From: an uncultured Bacilli bacterium
GTDB taxonomy: Bacteria > Bacillota_I > Bacilli_A > RF39 > UBA660
Direction of reading: 5' to 3'
Assembly (NCBI GenBank): GCA_947632395.1
Contig: CANRPA010000001.1
Coordinates: forward strand, 23,922-87,921
DNA: 64,000 nt
The translations under genes and the position numbers were made by a program. Shown in pieces: positions 10,900-20,595 of the stretch (its first letter is position 1; every line of letters begins with the position of its first letter). The notes under the pieces were generated by a model. The model saw only the letters and a list, made by a program, of their open reading frames with translations. It did not search any database and had not been told where the DNA came from.

Positions 10900-11238
10900 A
10901 TGAATAAAAAAGGACAAGCTTTGGTGGAATTTATAATAGTTTTACCTATACTACTTTTAATACTTATATCTATTATAGATTTTGGTAATATAATACATAA
11001 AAAATATGTATTGGAAAATGACCTAGATACAATAGTTAATATGTATGATGCAAATGAATATGATGAAATAAATAATTATATATCTGATAAAGATTTAAAA
11101 ATAGATTATAAAACTGAAGATAAATTTATTACAATAAATGTAAGCAAAAATGTAAATATATTTTCACCTGTACTAATAGGTATGTGGGGAAGAAAATACG
11201 AAATAAAAACAAGTAGGAGTATATATATAAATGAATAA
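10900..11238 (+). CDS. TadE/Flp-type prepilin-like protein (class III signal peptide)
   Basis: MNKKGQALVEFIIVLPILLL fits the prepilin-peptidase site G/xxxxEF (E at +5) followed by a hydrophobic helix, a TadE-like N-terminus. Confidence 0.6.
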   Translation: MNKKGQALVEFIIVLPILLLILISIIDFGNIIHKKYVLENDLDTIVNMYDANEYDEINNYISDKDLKIDYKTEDKFITINVSKNVNIFSPVLIGMWGRKYEIKTSRSIYINE

Positions 11239-11524
11239 AAAAGGACAAGTACTTGTAATCTTCATAATATTCATACCAATAATAATACTTATCTTCACAC
11301 TTATAGTAGATATAGGAAATATGTATATACAAAAAAGAAATATCAGTAATAACTTAAAATACGCAGTAGAATATTCAAATAAAAATAACACAAATATAGA
11401 GGAAATATTAAATAAAAATTTAGATAAAATTAAGATAGAATATAATGATGAAGAAATACAAATAACAAAAAAATATAATGGAATATTTATAAAAAAAGAT
11501 ATAATTGTAAAGATAAAAGGGTGA
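11231..11524 (+). CDS. TadE/Flp-type prepilin-like protein, tandem paralogue
   Basis: MNKKGQVLVIFIIFIPIIIL has the same leader (K-K-G-Q). Its start overlaps the upstream stop codon. Confidence 0.55.
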   Translation: MNKKGQVLVIFIIFIPIIILIFTLIVDIGNMYIQKRNISNNLKYAVEYSNKNNTNIEEILNKNLDKIKIEYNDEEIQITKKYNGIFIKKDIIVKIKG

Positions 11525-11528
11525 TAGT

Positions 11529-12305
11529 ATGGCATTAAATAAGGCAAAAACAATTTTAGTAACATCAGTTAGTGGAGGAGTAGGAAAAACAACTACAGTA
11601 CTTAATTTAGCAGGTATCTTATCTAATTTAGGTAAAAAAACTTTAATATTAGATTTAGATTTTTCATCAGGTGATATTGCTGCTATGCTTAATATAAAAT
11701 ACGATAAAGATATATATAGTTTATATGAAGATTTAAATAATAAAAAATTTACCAATTTTGAAGATTATGTTGCTAAATATGATGAAAATATAAGTGTACT
11801 TCCATCATTAAAAGATCCTAGATTCGCACATAAAATAGGTGGTAAAATACTTGAGGTAATATTATATAAAGCAAGATTGAAATATGATGTTATACTTATG
11901 GATTCATCACATGTACTTACTAATGTAAATTTATTTGCTTTAGATTATAGTGATGAAATACTTTATATAATAAATAATTCTTCAATGAATTTAAAAAATA
12001 TGAAAACCTTTGTTTCAATATTAAATAATATGGAAAAAACAAATTATAAAATTATACTTAATAATTCTAACGATAGAAATAAAGATTACTATGATAAATT
12101 TGATATAAAAAATATAATAAACAAAAATATAAACTATGTAATACCTAGTAATTTTTATCAAAAAAATATAGATAAATATATAATAGAAGGTAAAATACTT
12201 ACATTAGATAAAAATATATTAAAAAAGCAAAAAAGAGCTATTAAAATATTTAATTTAATAGTAAGTGATATACTTGAAGAAAGTAAGGGAGATAAGAATG
12301 TCTAA
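11529..12305 (+). CDS. TadZ/CpaE-like pilus assembly ATPase (MinD/ParA family)
   Basis: Deviant Walker A SGGVGKTT near the N-terminus. 258 aa, with no receiver domain. Confidence 0.7.
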   Translation: MALNKAKTILVTSVSGGVGKTTTVLNLAGILSNLGKKTLILDLDFSSGDIAAMLNIKYDKDIYSLYEDLNNKKFTNFEDYVAKYDENISVLPSLKDPRFAHKIGGKILEVILYKARLKYDVILMDSSHVLTNVNLFALDYSDEILYIINNSSMNLKNMKTFVSILNNMEKTNYKIILNNSNDRNKDYYDKFDIKNIINKNINYVIPSNFYQKNIDKYIIEGKILTLDKNILKKQKRAIKIFNLIVSDILEESKGDKNV

Positions 12306-13611
12306 ATCTTTTGTACAAGAATTTGAAATAGAAGAAAAAAACAATAAATATACTGATATTCCTGATTATGATGTTTTTACTAATAAAAAATTATTAGATG
12401 AACTTAGGGTAAAAATAATTCAAAATATAATAGATAATAGTAAGGGTAAAATAAATTCAAAAGTAGTTAGAAAAGAAATAGATAAAACGTTAGAAGGATA
12501 TGATTTAAGTTTAGTAGAACGTAGTTATATAAATAACTTAATAGATAATGAAATAAATGGCTTTGGACCACTTACAGAATTAATTGAAGATCCAAGTATT
12601 ACAGAAATAATGGTTAATGGTACTAACGATATATATATAGAATTAGATGGAAAAATAATAAAAGATGATAGTATATCATTTATAAATGATGAACACATAA
12701 TAAGGACAACTCAAAGGCTTATTCAACCTATAGGAAAAACAATTGATATAAATAATCCTATGGTGGATGCTAGACTTTCAGATGGTTCTAGACTTAATGC
12801 TATAATAGAGCCATTAAGTTTAAAAGGTCCAGTACTTACTATCCGTAAATTTAGGAGTGAACTTGAAAGCATAGATGACTTTTTAAGAAACGGAACGCTT
12901 ACTCCAAATATGGCAAGATTCATAGATGCTTGTGTTAAAAGCAAAATGAATATAATAGTATGTGGTGGTACAGGTAGTGGTAAAACAACACTTTTAAATG
13001 TAATGTCATCATTTATTACAGATGATGAGAGAATAATAACAATAGAAGATGCGGCAGAATTAAAATTAGAACAACAACATGTAATTTCACTTGAAACTAG
13101 AGGATCAAATTATGAGGGAACTGGAGAAGTAACAATTAGAGATTTAGTTATTAATTCACTTCGTATGAGACCAGATAGAATAATAGTAGGTGAAGTTCGT
13201 GGTAAAGAAGCATTTGACATGCTTCAAGCAATGAATACAGGTCATGAAGGTAGTATGACAACACTTCATGCTAATAGTCCAAAGGATGCATTAAATAGAT
13301 TAGAGACAATGGTACTTATGGCAGTAGAAATACCAATTAGTGCTATAAGAGAATATATAGAAAATGCGATAGATATCGTAATAAATATTTCAAGACTTAC
13401 TGATGGTAAAAGAAAAATTACAAGTATTAGTGAAGTAGTAGGATTTGAAAATGATGAAATAAAGTTAAATGAAATATTTGCGTTTAATCAAACAGGAGTA
13501 AAGAAAGATGGAGAAGTTATAGGAGAATTTGTTAAAAATAATGTAACTCCAGAAATTTATAAAAGAATAAAATCGCGTGGAATAACTAATTTAGCTGATA
13601 TGTTTGAGTGA
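12265..13611 (+). CDS. TadA/CpaF-family secretion ATPase (VirB11-like)
   Basis: Walker A GGTGSGKTT, an Asp box, a His box and the characteristic CpaF N-terminal domain. Confidence 0.85.
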   Translation: MIYLKKVREIRMSKSFVQEFEIEEKNNKYTDIPDYDVFTNKKLLDELRVKIIQNIIDNSKGKINSKVVRKEIDKTLEGYDLSLVERSYINNLIDNEINGFGPLTELIEDPSITEIMVNGTNDIYIELDGKIIKDDSISFINDEHIIRTTQRLIQPIGKTIDINNPMVDARLSDGSRLNAIIEPLSLKGPVLTIRKFRSELESIDDFLRNGTLTPNMARFIDACVKSKMNIIVCGGTGSGKTTLLNVMSSFITDDERIITIEDAAELKLEQQHVISLETRGSNYEGTGEVTIRDLVINSLRMRPDRIIVGEVRGKEAFDMLQAMNTGHEGSMTTLHANSPKDALNRLETMVLMAVEIPISAIREYIENAIDIVINISRLTDGKRKITSISEVVGFENDEIKLNEIFAFNQTGVKKDGEVIGEFVKNNVTPEIYKRIKSRGITNLADMFE

Positions 13612-15109
13612 GGTGAAAAATATGAAGGAGTTAAGTATAGATTATATAGAAATTACAAATGAAGATGTATTAGTTACTTATACTCCTTCTTTAGATGTAA
13701 TTAACTATTCCTATACCATAGAAAAAAATGGAGTAAAAGAACCTCCAGTATTTGTAAATTTAAATAAACAATTAGACATTACTTTAAATGAAACAGGTAC
13801 ATATAAAATAGAAATAATTTCAATTAATAAATTAGGTGAACAAAAAGTTACTACTGGTAATTATAAAATCGATAAAGAGCCACCAGTAATAAATGTAAAA
13901 AACAAGACATTAAAAACGAAAGCAAAGAAATCTATAAATTTATTAGAAAATGTTACAGCAAGCGATAGTAATGATGGAGATTTAACTAATAGTATTAAAA
14001 CTAATATAGATGATCTTAATTTAAACACACCAGGTATAAAAACTATAGAGTATAGCGTAACAGATAAAGCAGGTAATACAACTACTAGTGTTGCTTATCT
14101 AACTGTTAAAGAAAATAATGAAAATTTAATATTATTTGGACAAATAGGAATAGTTATATTATTTTTAGGATTAGTATTATTTTTAATTAAATATATTAAG
14201 AGCATAAAACTAGAAAAAAGATTTTCTAAGTATACAATTAATTCATATAAAAATAAATCAATTTCACTTTTAGATAATATTCATACAGATTATTTAAAAT
14301 TTATAAATAAATTAAGCAAACTACTTAAAAGATCGCCTATTATGAATAATATGGCAAAAAAATATGAAAAATATGATTGTATGTTTGAAAAATATGATAG
14401 CATGGATTTTGTTTCAAGAAAAGTAGTATTTGGCTTAATTTATATAGCGATTGCAATTACAGTTAGTTTAATAGCATCAACAATACTTACATTTGTTGAA
14501 GTTTTAATATCATTTATATTGGGATTCTATATGTTAGATATAATATATATATTAAAGTATTCTAAATATAAAAAGAAAATAGAAAATGATATGCTAAGTG
14601 CAATAACACTTATGAATAATGCTTTTAAAGCAGGTAAAAGCATTATTCAAGCAGTAGAACTTGTTTCAAGAGAACTTAATGGACCTATATCAAAAGAATT
14701 TGAAAGAATAGGTAAAGAAATAATGTATGGCATAGATGTTGATATAGCATTTAAAAGATTTAAAGATAGGGTAAAAATTAAAGAAGCAGTATATTTATCA
14801 TCTAGTTTATCTATATTAAATAAAACAGGTGGTAATATAATTAAAGTATTCGATAAAATAGAAAAAAATGTATATAATCGAAAAAAATTGCAAAATGAAT
14901 TAAAATCACTAACTAGCAGTTCAAAATTAATTACATACGTGTTGATATTTGTACCAATAATATTTATAGTATTTATAGGAATAATAAATATAGGATACTT
15001 TGAACCATTATTTGAACATCCATTAGGTATATTTGTAATATTAATTAGTCTTATAATTTATATTGCATATATTATAATAGTAAAAAAGGCAATGAAAGTA
15101 AAGGTGTAA
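13604..15109 (+). CDS. TadB-like T2SS-F-family membrane protein fused to N-terminal Ig-like (DUF5011-like) domains
   Basis: The C-terminal ~300 aa have GspF/TadB topology (TM, cytoplasmic helical domain, two TMs). The N-terminal ~170 aa have no signal peptide and carry the motif DKEPPVI...ASDSNDGDLT...TPG...Y.VTDKAGNTTT, which is typical of DUF5011 Ig-like domains. Confidence 0.65.
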   Translation: MSEVKNMKELSIDYIEITNEDVLVTYTPSLDVINYSYTIEKNGVKEPPVFVNLNKQLDITLNETGTYKIEIISINKLGEQKVTTGNYKIDKEPPVINVKNKTLKTKAKKSINLLENVTASDSNDGDLTNSIKTNIDDLNLNTPGIKTIEYSVTDKAGNTTTSVAYLTVKENNENLILFGQIGIVILFLGLVLFLIKYIKSIKLEKRFSKYTINSYKNKSISLLDNIHTDYLKFINKLSKLLKRSPIMNNMAKKYEKYDCMFEKYDSMDFVSRKVVFGLIYIAIAITVSLIASTILTFVEVLISFILGFYMLDIIYILKYSKYKKKIENDMLSAITLMNNAFKAGKSIIQAVELVSRELNGPISKEFERIGKEIMYGIDVDIAFKRFKDRVKIKEAVYLSSSLSILNKTGGNIIKVFDKIEKNVYNRKKLQNELKSLTSSSKLITYVLIFVPIIFIVFIGIINIGYFEPLFEHPLGIFVILISLIIYIAYIIIVKKAMKVKV

Positions 15110-15113
15110 TTAT

Positions 15114-15806
15114 ATGCAAAGTATTATAAAAAAAATATTTAGACAAAAAGATTTAAAAAACATAGATAATAAGATAATTATGTTAGGTCAAAATAGAAAA
15201 ATAAAATTTAATACAGTAGAATTTGTGAGTGCTAGAATAATTACTACAGTAATACTCATTGTTCTTATGCTTATATTTAAGACAAAATATTATTTTATAC
15301 CTATTATAGTTATAATTTATTATAATTTATTTTACTACATATTTATTACAAATGAATTAAATAAAAGAGTGAGAAAATTAGAAAGAGAAGCACTTACATT
15401 TTTTGAAATTTTGACTCTTACCTTAGAATCTGGAAGAAATTTAGAAAATTCAATAGAAATAACAGTAAAAAATGTAGATGGTGAATTATCAGATGAATTT
15501 AAAAGAGTCTTAAAAGAAATACAGTATGGAAAATCACTTATGGAATCACTAGAACATTTAAAATTAAGAATTCCATCAGAGACTATAAATAATATTATAT
15601 TAAATATTACTGAAACAAGTATATTTGGTAATAATATTGTAGATTCAATGAATACACAAGTTGATTATTTAAGAGAAAAAGAAATTATGGAAATAAAAGC
15701 ACAAATAAATAAGATACCAAATAAAGTAAGTATTATATCTGTTTTGTTTGTAGTACCACTTATTTTACTTATAATACTTGGTCCATTTATTGTAAATTTT
15801 TTATAG
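15114..15806 (+). CDS. TadC-like T2SS-F-family membrane protein
   Basis: 230 aa with an N-terminal TM, a helical cytoplasmic domain and C-terminal TMs. It directly follows the TadB-like gene. Confidence 0.6.
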   Translation: MQSIIKKIFRQKDLKNIDNKIIMLGQNRKIKFNTVEFVSARIITTVILIVLMLIFKTKYYFIPIIVIIYYNLFYYIFITNELNKRVRKLEREALTFFEILTLTLESGRNLENSIEITVKNVDGELSDEFKRVLKEIQYGKSLMESLEHLKLRIPSETINNIILNITETSIFGNNIVDSMNTQVDYLREKEIMEIKAQINKIPNKVSIISVLFVVPLILLIILGPFIVNFL

Positions 15807-15819
15807 GAGGATTTAATTT

Positions 15820-17127
15820 ATGAAATATTACATGGTTGGAATAAAAGGGGTTGGTATGAGTGCACTCGCACTTCTATTATCAGATTTAGGCTATGAAATA
15901 GTTGGGTATGATGATGATAAAACTCATAAATATACAGAAGATAAATTAATTAGTAGAGGTATTAAAATATTAAATGGACCTAATAATGAATTAGATAGTG
16001 ATACTATAGTTATACATTCTATTGCTTTAGGTGAGGAACATCCAGAAATAGTAAAGGCAAGAGAAATGGGCTTAAAAATCTATGAATATAAAGATATGTT
16101 AGGTAAACTTAGTAAAAAATATAAGACAATATGCATATCAGGTTGTCATGGTAAAACATCTACAGCATCTATTTTAACTCACATAATGAATGATGTATGT
16201 GATTCAAATTATATAGTTGGTAATGGTGTGGGACATGGAAATGCTGATTCCGATAAATTAATACTTGAAGCAAGTGAATATAAAAGACAATTTTTAACGC
16301 TTAGTCCAGAATATGTAATAATAACTAATATAGAAATGGATCATGCAGATTATTATAAAAATTTAGATGATATGATTTCTGCTTACCAAGAGTTTGCTAA
16401 TAACGCCATTAAAATGGTTTTAGCATGTGGAGATGATTCATATACACATATGCTTAACGTAAATGCTGGTATATTTTTCTATGGATTAAATGAAGACAAT
16501 GATATACAAGCAAGAAATGTAGAATATACAAGTGATGGTACAAATTTTGATGTATTTGTAGAAGATGAATATTTTGGACATTTTGAATTACCTATATATG
16601 GTAAACATATGTTACTTAATATGTTATCAGTAATCGCACTTTGTTTTTACGAAAGAATAGATTTAAAAGAATTATCTAAATCATTAAAAAAATTTGAAGG
16701 CATAACGGGCATATTTAAGGAAGAAACTTTAAATAGTAATATAATAATAAGTGACTATGCTAATCATCCAACAGAAATAAAATATACAATAAAGGCAGCA
16801 AAGCAAAAATATCCAGATAAAAAAATTATTACTATTTTTGAGCCTTATACATTTTCTAAGGTAGAAAAATTTAAAAATGATTTTATAAATGTATTATCAC
16901 TTTCAGATAGGGTATATGTTATGGATATAAATTATGATAATGAAAATCCTATAGACTATCCAAATTTAAATTCAGACGTTATTATAAATGGACTTAAAAA
17001 AGGCGAATATATTAAGTGTGGCATGAGTGATAAATTAATAAAATATAAAGATGTAGTAATGTTATTTATAGGAAGTAAAAATATAAATAATCTTTTAGAT
17101 GAATATAAAAAATTGCTAATAAAATAA
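15820..17127 (+). CDS. murC: Mur ligase family protein, MurC-like (UDP-N-acetylmuramate--L-alanine ligase)
   Basis: N-terminal Rossmann region GIKGVGMSALA, Mur ligase P-loop GCHGKTSTAS and C-terminal DYANHPTEI...FEPYTFSK. Confidence 0.6.
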   Translation: MKYYMVGIKGVGMSALALLLSDLGYEIVGYDDDKTHKYTEDKLISRGIKILNGPNNELDSDTIVIHSIALGEEHPEIVKAREMGLKIYEYKDMLGKLSKKYKTICISGCHGKTSTASILTHIMNDVCDSNYIVGNGVGHGNADSDKLILEASEYKRQFLTLSPEYVIITNIEMDHADYYKNLDDMISAYQEFANNAIKMVLACGDDSYTHMLNVNAGIFFYGLNEDNDIQARNVEYTSDGTNFDVFVEDEYFGHFELPIYGKHMLLNMLSVIALCFYERIDLKELSKSLKKFEGITGIFKEETLNSNIIISDYANHPTEIKYTIKAAKQKYPDKKIITIFEPYTFSKVEKFKNDFINVLSLSDRVYVMDINYDNENPIDYPNLNSDVIINGLKKGEYIKCGMSDKLIKYKDVVMLFIGSKNINNLLDEYKKLLIK

Positions 17128-17132
17128 ATAAT

Positions 17133-17160
17133 TTGACATTTTAATTAATTATGGTATAAT
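17133..17160 (+). promoter_or_regulatory. sigma-A-type promoter (TTGACA-N16-TGgTATAAT)
   Basis: Consensus -35 TTGACA at 17133-38 and an extended -10 TGGTATAAT ending at 17160, about 25 nt upstream of the 17185 ORF. Confidence 0.5.
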
Positions 17161-17184
17161 ACATAGCAAAAAAGGGGTGTTTTC

Positions 17185-17847
17185 ATGGAAAAAAGTATTG
17201 ATAATTATCCAATATTTGTAACAAAGATATCGAAACAAATGAGCAATATTGAATTAAAAGATGCACTATTAAATAGAAGAAACGAGATTACGAGAAAAAA
17301 ACTGATAAACGAAAATTTATGGATTGTTGAAAAAATTATTTTAACTAATTTTGCAGATAGAAACGATAAAGATGAATTAATGAGCGTTGGTGCTAGCGCA
17401 TTAATCGATTATATAGATAAATATGATGAAAAAAATAACAATGATTTTTACGAATCAATTAAAGAATATATAAAAAATGTACTAAACCAATATATAGAAT
17501 ATGGTAAAAATATTGCATCATTAGATGAATTAATTGAAGAAGAAAACAACGAATATATTGGTTTTAATCCAGATTTTGAAGTAGATATCGAAAAAATATT
17601 TTTAGATAAAATATCTGATAATATATTATTTAAAAAATTATCTTTAATGTTAACTGAAAGAGAAAAAGACATTTTAATTAAATATTGCTATGAAAATCAA
17701 ACATTTTATCAAATAGCAAAAAAATATAATTTATCAGTAGCTAAGGTTAGTCAAATGATGCACGTAATAGGTCGTAAAGTTCATGCATGTATACGTTGTA
17801 AAAATATTCAACTTGATGGAAAGAAAAAAAAGATAACAAGAATTTAA
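17185..17847 (+). CDS. sigma-70-family RNA polymerase sigma factor (regions 2 and 4 only)
   Basis: Region-2-like ENLWIVEKII...DELMSVGASALIDYIDKYD...F..Y....I. Region-4 helix-turn-helix LTEREKDILIKYCYENQTFYQIAKKYNLSVAKVSQMM. Confidence 0.55.
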   Translation: MEKSIDNYPIFVTKISKQMSNIELKDALLNRRNEITRKKLINENLWIVEKIILTNFADRNDKDELMSVGASALIDYIDKYDEKNNNDFYESIKEYIKNVLNQYIEYGKNIASLDELIEEENNEYIGFNPDFEVDIEKIFLDKISDNILFKKLSLMLTEREKDILIKYCYENQTFYQIAKKYNLSVAKVSQMMHVIGRKVHACIRCKNIQLDGKKKKITRI

Positions 17848-18815
17848 TTTCTTGTTATTTTTTCTATATTTTTAAAATTTAATTTTGCTATTTGTTTTAA
17901 TTTGTCAAAACCAAATTTATTTATTATTTGTTTTCCAATTTCATCAACATTATTTCCAGCACCCTTTGGAATAGTAAAACCAACATCTTTTGATAATTTA
18001 TCAAATTCATTAATAAATATATATCTACTAATTAAAGAAGCGCATGCAACGGATAAATGCTTGTCTTCACCTTTAGTAAAAAACTCAATATTTCTAACCA
18101 CATTTGGAACATCCTTTAAGTAATTATAATAAAGATATGGTTTAGCAAATTCATCAACTATGATATGATCATAATTCATTATTTTATTACTTAATTTATA
18201 TAAAACTTTATTGTGTAAAAGTGATTTTATTTTATTCATATTAATATCTTCTTTATACTTTTTATTGTATTCATTATATGATTCATTTGATAATACATAA
18301 GATTCATAAGGTATTTTTTTTATAAATTTAGGTACAATATCTAAAATTTGCTCATCAGTAAGTTTTTTAGAATCTTTAACTCCTAATTTTTCTAGAAATT
18401 CGATATCGCATTTAGATACAAAACTTGCAGTAACAACTATTGGTCCAAAAAAATCTCCAGTTCCAACTTCATCAGATCCAATACTTGATGAATAATATAT
18501 ATCTGGCTTAATAGTATTTATTTTTTCACTCTTTTTTTTATCTCCACTAGATTTAACATCAACCTTACCACTATTAATTTTTTCAGTAGTAATCCAAAAA
18601 TCACTTGCTATATCAGCATCTTTTCCTTGAAATACAACTTTACCAGAATTATATAAAGTTACAACAGTATCACCATCTTTTGCTTGCCACTTAGCATACT
18701 CAGGTACTTTATCCCTTTTACACCAATCGAATTCTTCATCCATCATTTCCATAGTTTTTTCACTTACTTTAAATGATATAACATTATTTTTCTGCACACG
18801 TATCACCACTAACAT
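17844..18815 (-). CDS. rnhC: ribonuclease HIII
   Basis: 323 aa with an N-terminal RNase HIII-specific domain and an RNase HII/HIII catalytic core (DEVGTGDFFGPIVV). Confidence 0.8.
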   Translation of the reverse strand: MLVVIRVQKNNVISFKVSEKTMEMMDEEFDWCKRDKVPEYAKWQAKDGDTVVTLYNSGKVVFQGKDADIASDFWITTEKINSGKVDVKSSGDKKKSEKINTIKPDIYYSSSIGSDEVGTGDFFGPIVVTASFVSKCDIEFLEKLGVKDSKKLTDEQILDIVPKFIKKIPYESYVLSNESYNEYNKKYKEDINMNKIKSLLHNKVLYKLSNKIMNYDHIIVDEFAKPYLYYNYLKDVPNVVRNIEFFTKGEDKHLSVACASLISRYIFINEFDKLSKDVGFTIPKGAGNNVDEIGKQIINKFGFDKLKQIAKLNFKNIEKITRN

Positions 18816-18885
18816 TGTACCATATATTTAAAAAAATTTCTTTCTTTTTAATAAAAAATATAATATAATTATTATAGGTGATAGA

Positions 18886-19575
18886 ATGAATGTAGTTGAT
18901 TTAATTATTTTAATAGTTATAGTTATAGGTGGATTAATAGGTGGTAAAAGAGGATTTACAAGGCAACTTATATCATTTGTTGGTATTTTTGCAATATTGA
19001 TATTTTCATTTTTATTGAAAAATCCAGTTAGTGTATTTTTATATAATAATCTTCCATTTTTTAATTTTGGAGGTATGTTTAAGGGAATAACTGTTTTAAA
19101 TATATTGTTATATGAAGTAATCGCATTTTTCATAGTTTTTTCGTTACTTAGTATAATATTTCAACTACTATTGATAATTTCAAAAATATTTGAAAAAATT
19201 CTAAAAATGACAATTATACTTGGTATTCCTTCTACGATATTAGGCTCTATATTAGGTATGTTACAAGCCGTAGTATTTGTCTTTATAGCAATGTATATAC
19301 TAAGTTTACCAACATTAAACTTTGTAGAAGTAAAAAACTCAAAAGTAGGTAACTTTATATTGGATAATACACCAATATTAAATAAAGTATGTGATGATAC
19401 AGTACTTATATTTAATGATATAGTGGATTTAAAAAATGAATACCAGGAAAGTGATAATACAGATCAATTTAATCAAGATGCATTAGATAAAATGATAGAA
19501 AGAAAAATAATAACTAAAGAGAATGCTCAAAAATTAATAGATAAAGGAAAATTAAAAGGTGTTGTCGTAAAATAA
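18886..19575 (+). CDS. cvpA: CvpA-family membrane protein
   Basis: N-terminus MNVVDLIILIVIVIGGLIGGKRGF followed by four TM helices. Confidence 0.75.
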   Translation: MNVVDLIILIVIVIGGLIGGKRGFTRQLISFVGIFAILIFSFLLKNPVSVFLYNNLPFFNFGGMFKGITVLNILLYEVIAFFIVFSLLSIIFQLLLIISKIFEKILKMTIILGIPSTILGSILGMLQAVVFVFIAMYILSLPTLNFVEVKNSKVGNFILDNTPILNKVCDDTVLIFNDIVDLKNEYQESDNTDQFNQDALDKMIERKIITKENAQKLIDKGKLKGVVVK

Positions 19576-19601
19576 TGTAAATTTACATTTAATAATCTCT
19601 T

Positions 19602-19632
19602 TAAAATAAAGGGATTATTATTTTAAGAAAAT
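19602..19632 (+). terminator. rho-independent terminator after cvpA
   Basis: Stem AATCTCTTT / AAAGGGATT (one G-U pair) with an AAAAT loop, followed by a T-run. Confidence 0.45.
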
Positions 19633-19724
19633 AAATTTAAAAATATTATCAAAAATTGTTTAAAAAAAAATATAGTTATGGTAGAATAAATATTGTGGTA
19701 AAGTTGTAATTTAAAAGTAATGGA

Positions 19725-20483
19725 GTGTGCAATATGAATATACTTGATTTAATAATGAATAATATATATTTATATATTTTTATAATAATTGGAATAGTGA
19801 TTGCTATTACAATACTAACAATTATTATTATTAATAGTTCAAAAAGAAAAAAAATTAAAAATACATATGAACAGGCAGAAAAAGTAGAAGAGGCTATAAA
19901 AGGGATAGAGGAAGAAATAGAAAATGAGAAACCTACTGAACTTGAAAGCATAATTCAAAAAATGCAAGAAGATATGGAAGTTAGCCCAGAGGATGTAGTA
20001 AAAAAGTTTGAAGAAGAACAAGAAGAAAAAGCAATCATTAGTTATCAAGAGTTAGTGGATAATGTAAAATCCGGTAAAATACAAGTGATAGATGATGATA
20101 ATTCTGATATAAATTACGTTGAAAGTTTAATAGATAATGCAGAAACTACAGAACCAATAAGTTCTGTAGAAACTGAAACAGAAAAAACAGTAACTCCAGA
20201 AATGGTGAGAGAGGCAATAGAAACTATATCAAATGAAAGAGTTAAAGATGATGTAGTAACCGTTTCTAATAAAAGTACAGAACAAGAGCCTAAAAAATTT
20301 AAACAAAGTAAAATTATATCTCCTGTATTTGGTTATATGGATAGCAACACTGAATATTCAAGTACAAGAAAAGAACATGTATTAGATATAATGAATACAA
20401 GAGATTATGATAAATTAACAGAAGAAATAAAAAAGCAGGAAGAATTTTTACAGGCACTAAAAGAGTTTAGAAATAATTTATAA
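19725..20483 (+). CDS. membrane-anchored acidic coiled-coil protein (hypothetical)
   Basis: One N-terminal TM helix, then a highly acidic, E/K-rich region. No recognisable domain. Confidence 0.4.
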   Translation: MCNMNILDLIMNNIYLYIFIIIGIVIAITILTIIIINSSKRKKIKNTYEQAEKVEEAIKGIEEEIENEKPTELESIIQKMQEDMEVSPEDVVKKFEEEQEEKAIISYQELVDNVKSGKIQVIDDDNSDINYVESLIDNAETTEPISSVETETEKTVTPEMVREAIETISNERVKDDVVTVSNKSTEQEPKKFKQSKIISPVFGYMDSNTEYSSTRKEHVLDIMNTRDYDKLTEEIKKQEEFLQALKEFRNNL

Positions 20484-20595
20484 ACTCTTTTTTCTTTTAA
20501 GTTATTTAATTATTTCATTACATAAATAAACTTTAAAAAATTGTTTACTTGATTTTTTTTAAATATAGTGTAAACTATATGTTGGAAGTGGTTGT

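Noticed and set aside
11129-11755. Minus-strand ORFs of 67, 130 and 111 aa overlapping the TadE-like and TadZ genes
   Set aside because: They sit opposite a coherent, translationally coupled plus-strand operon. They have low-complexity hydrophobic composition.
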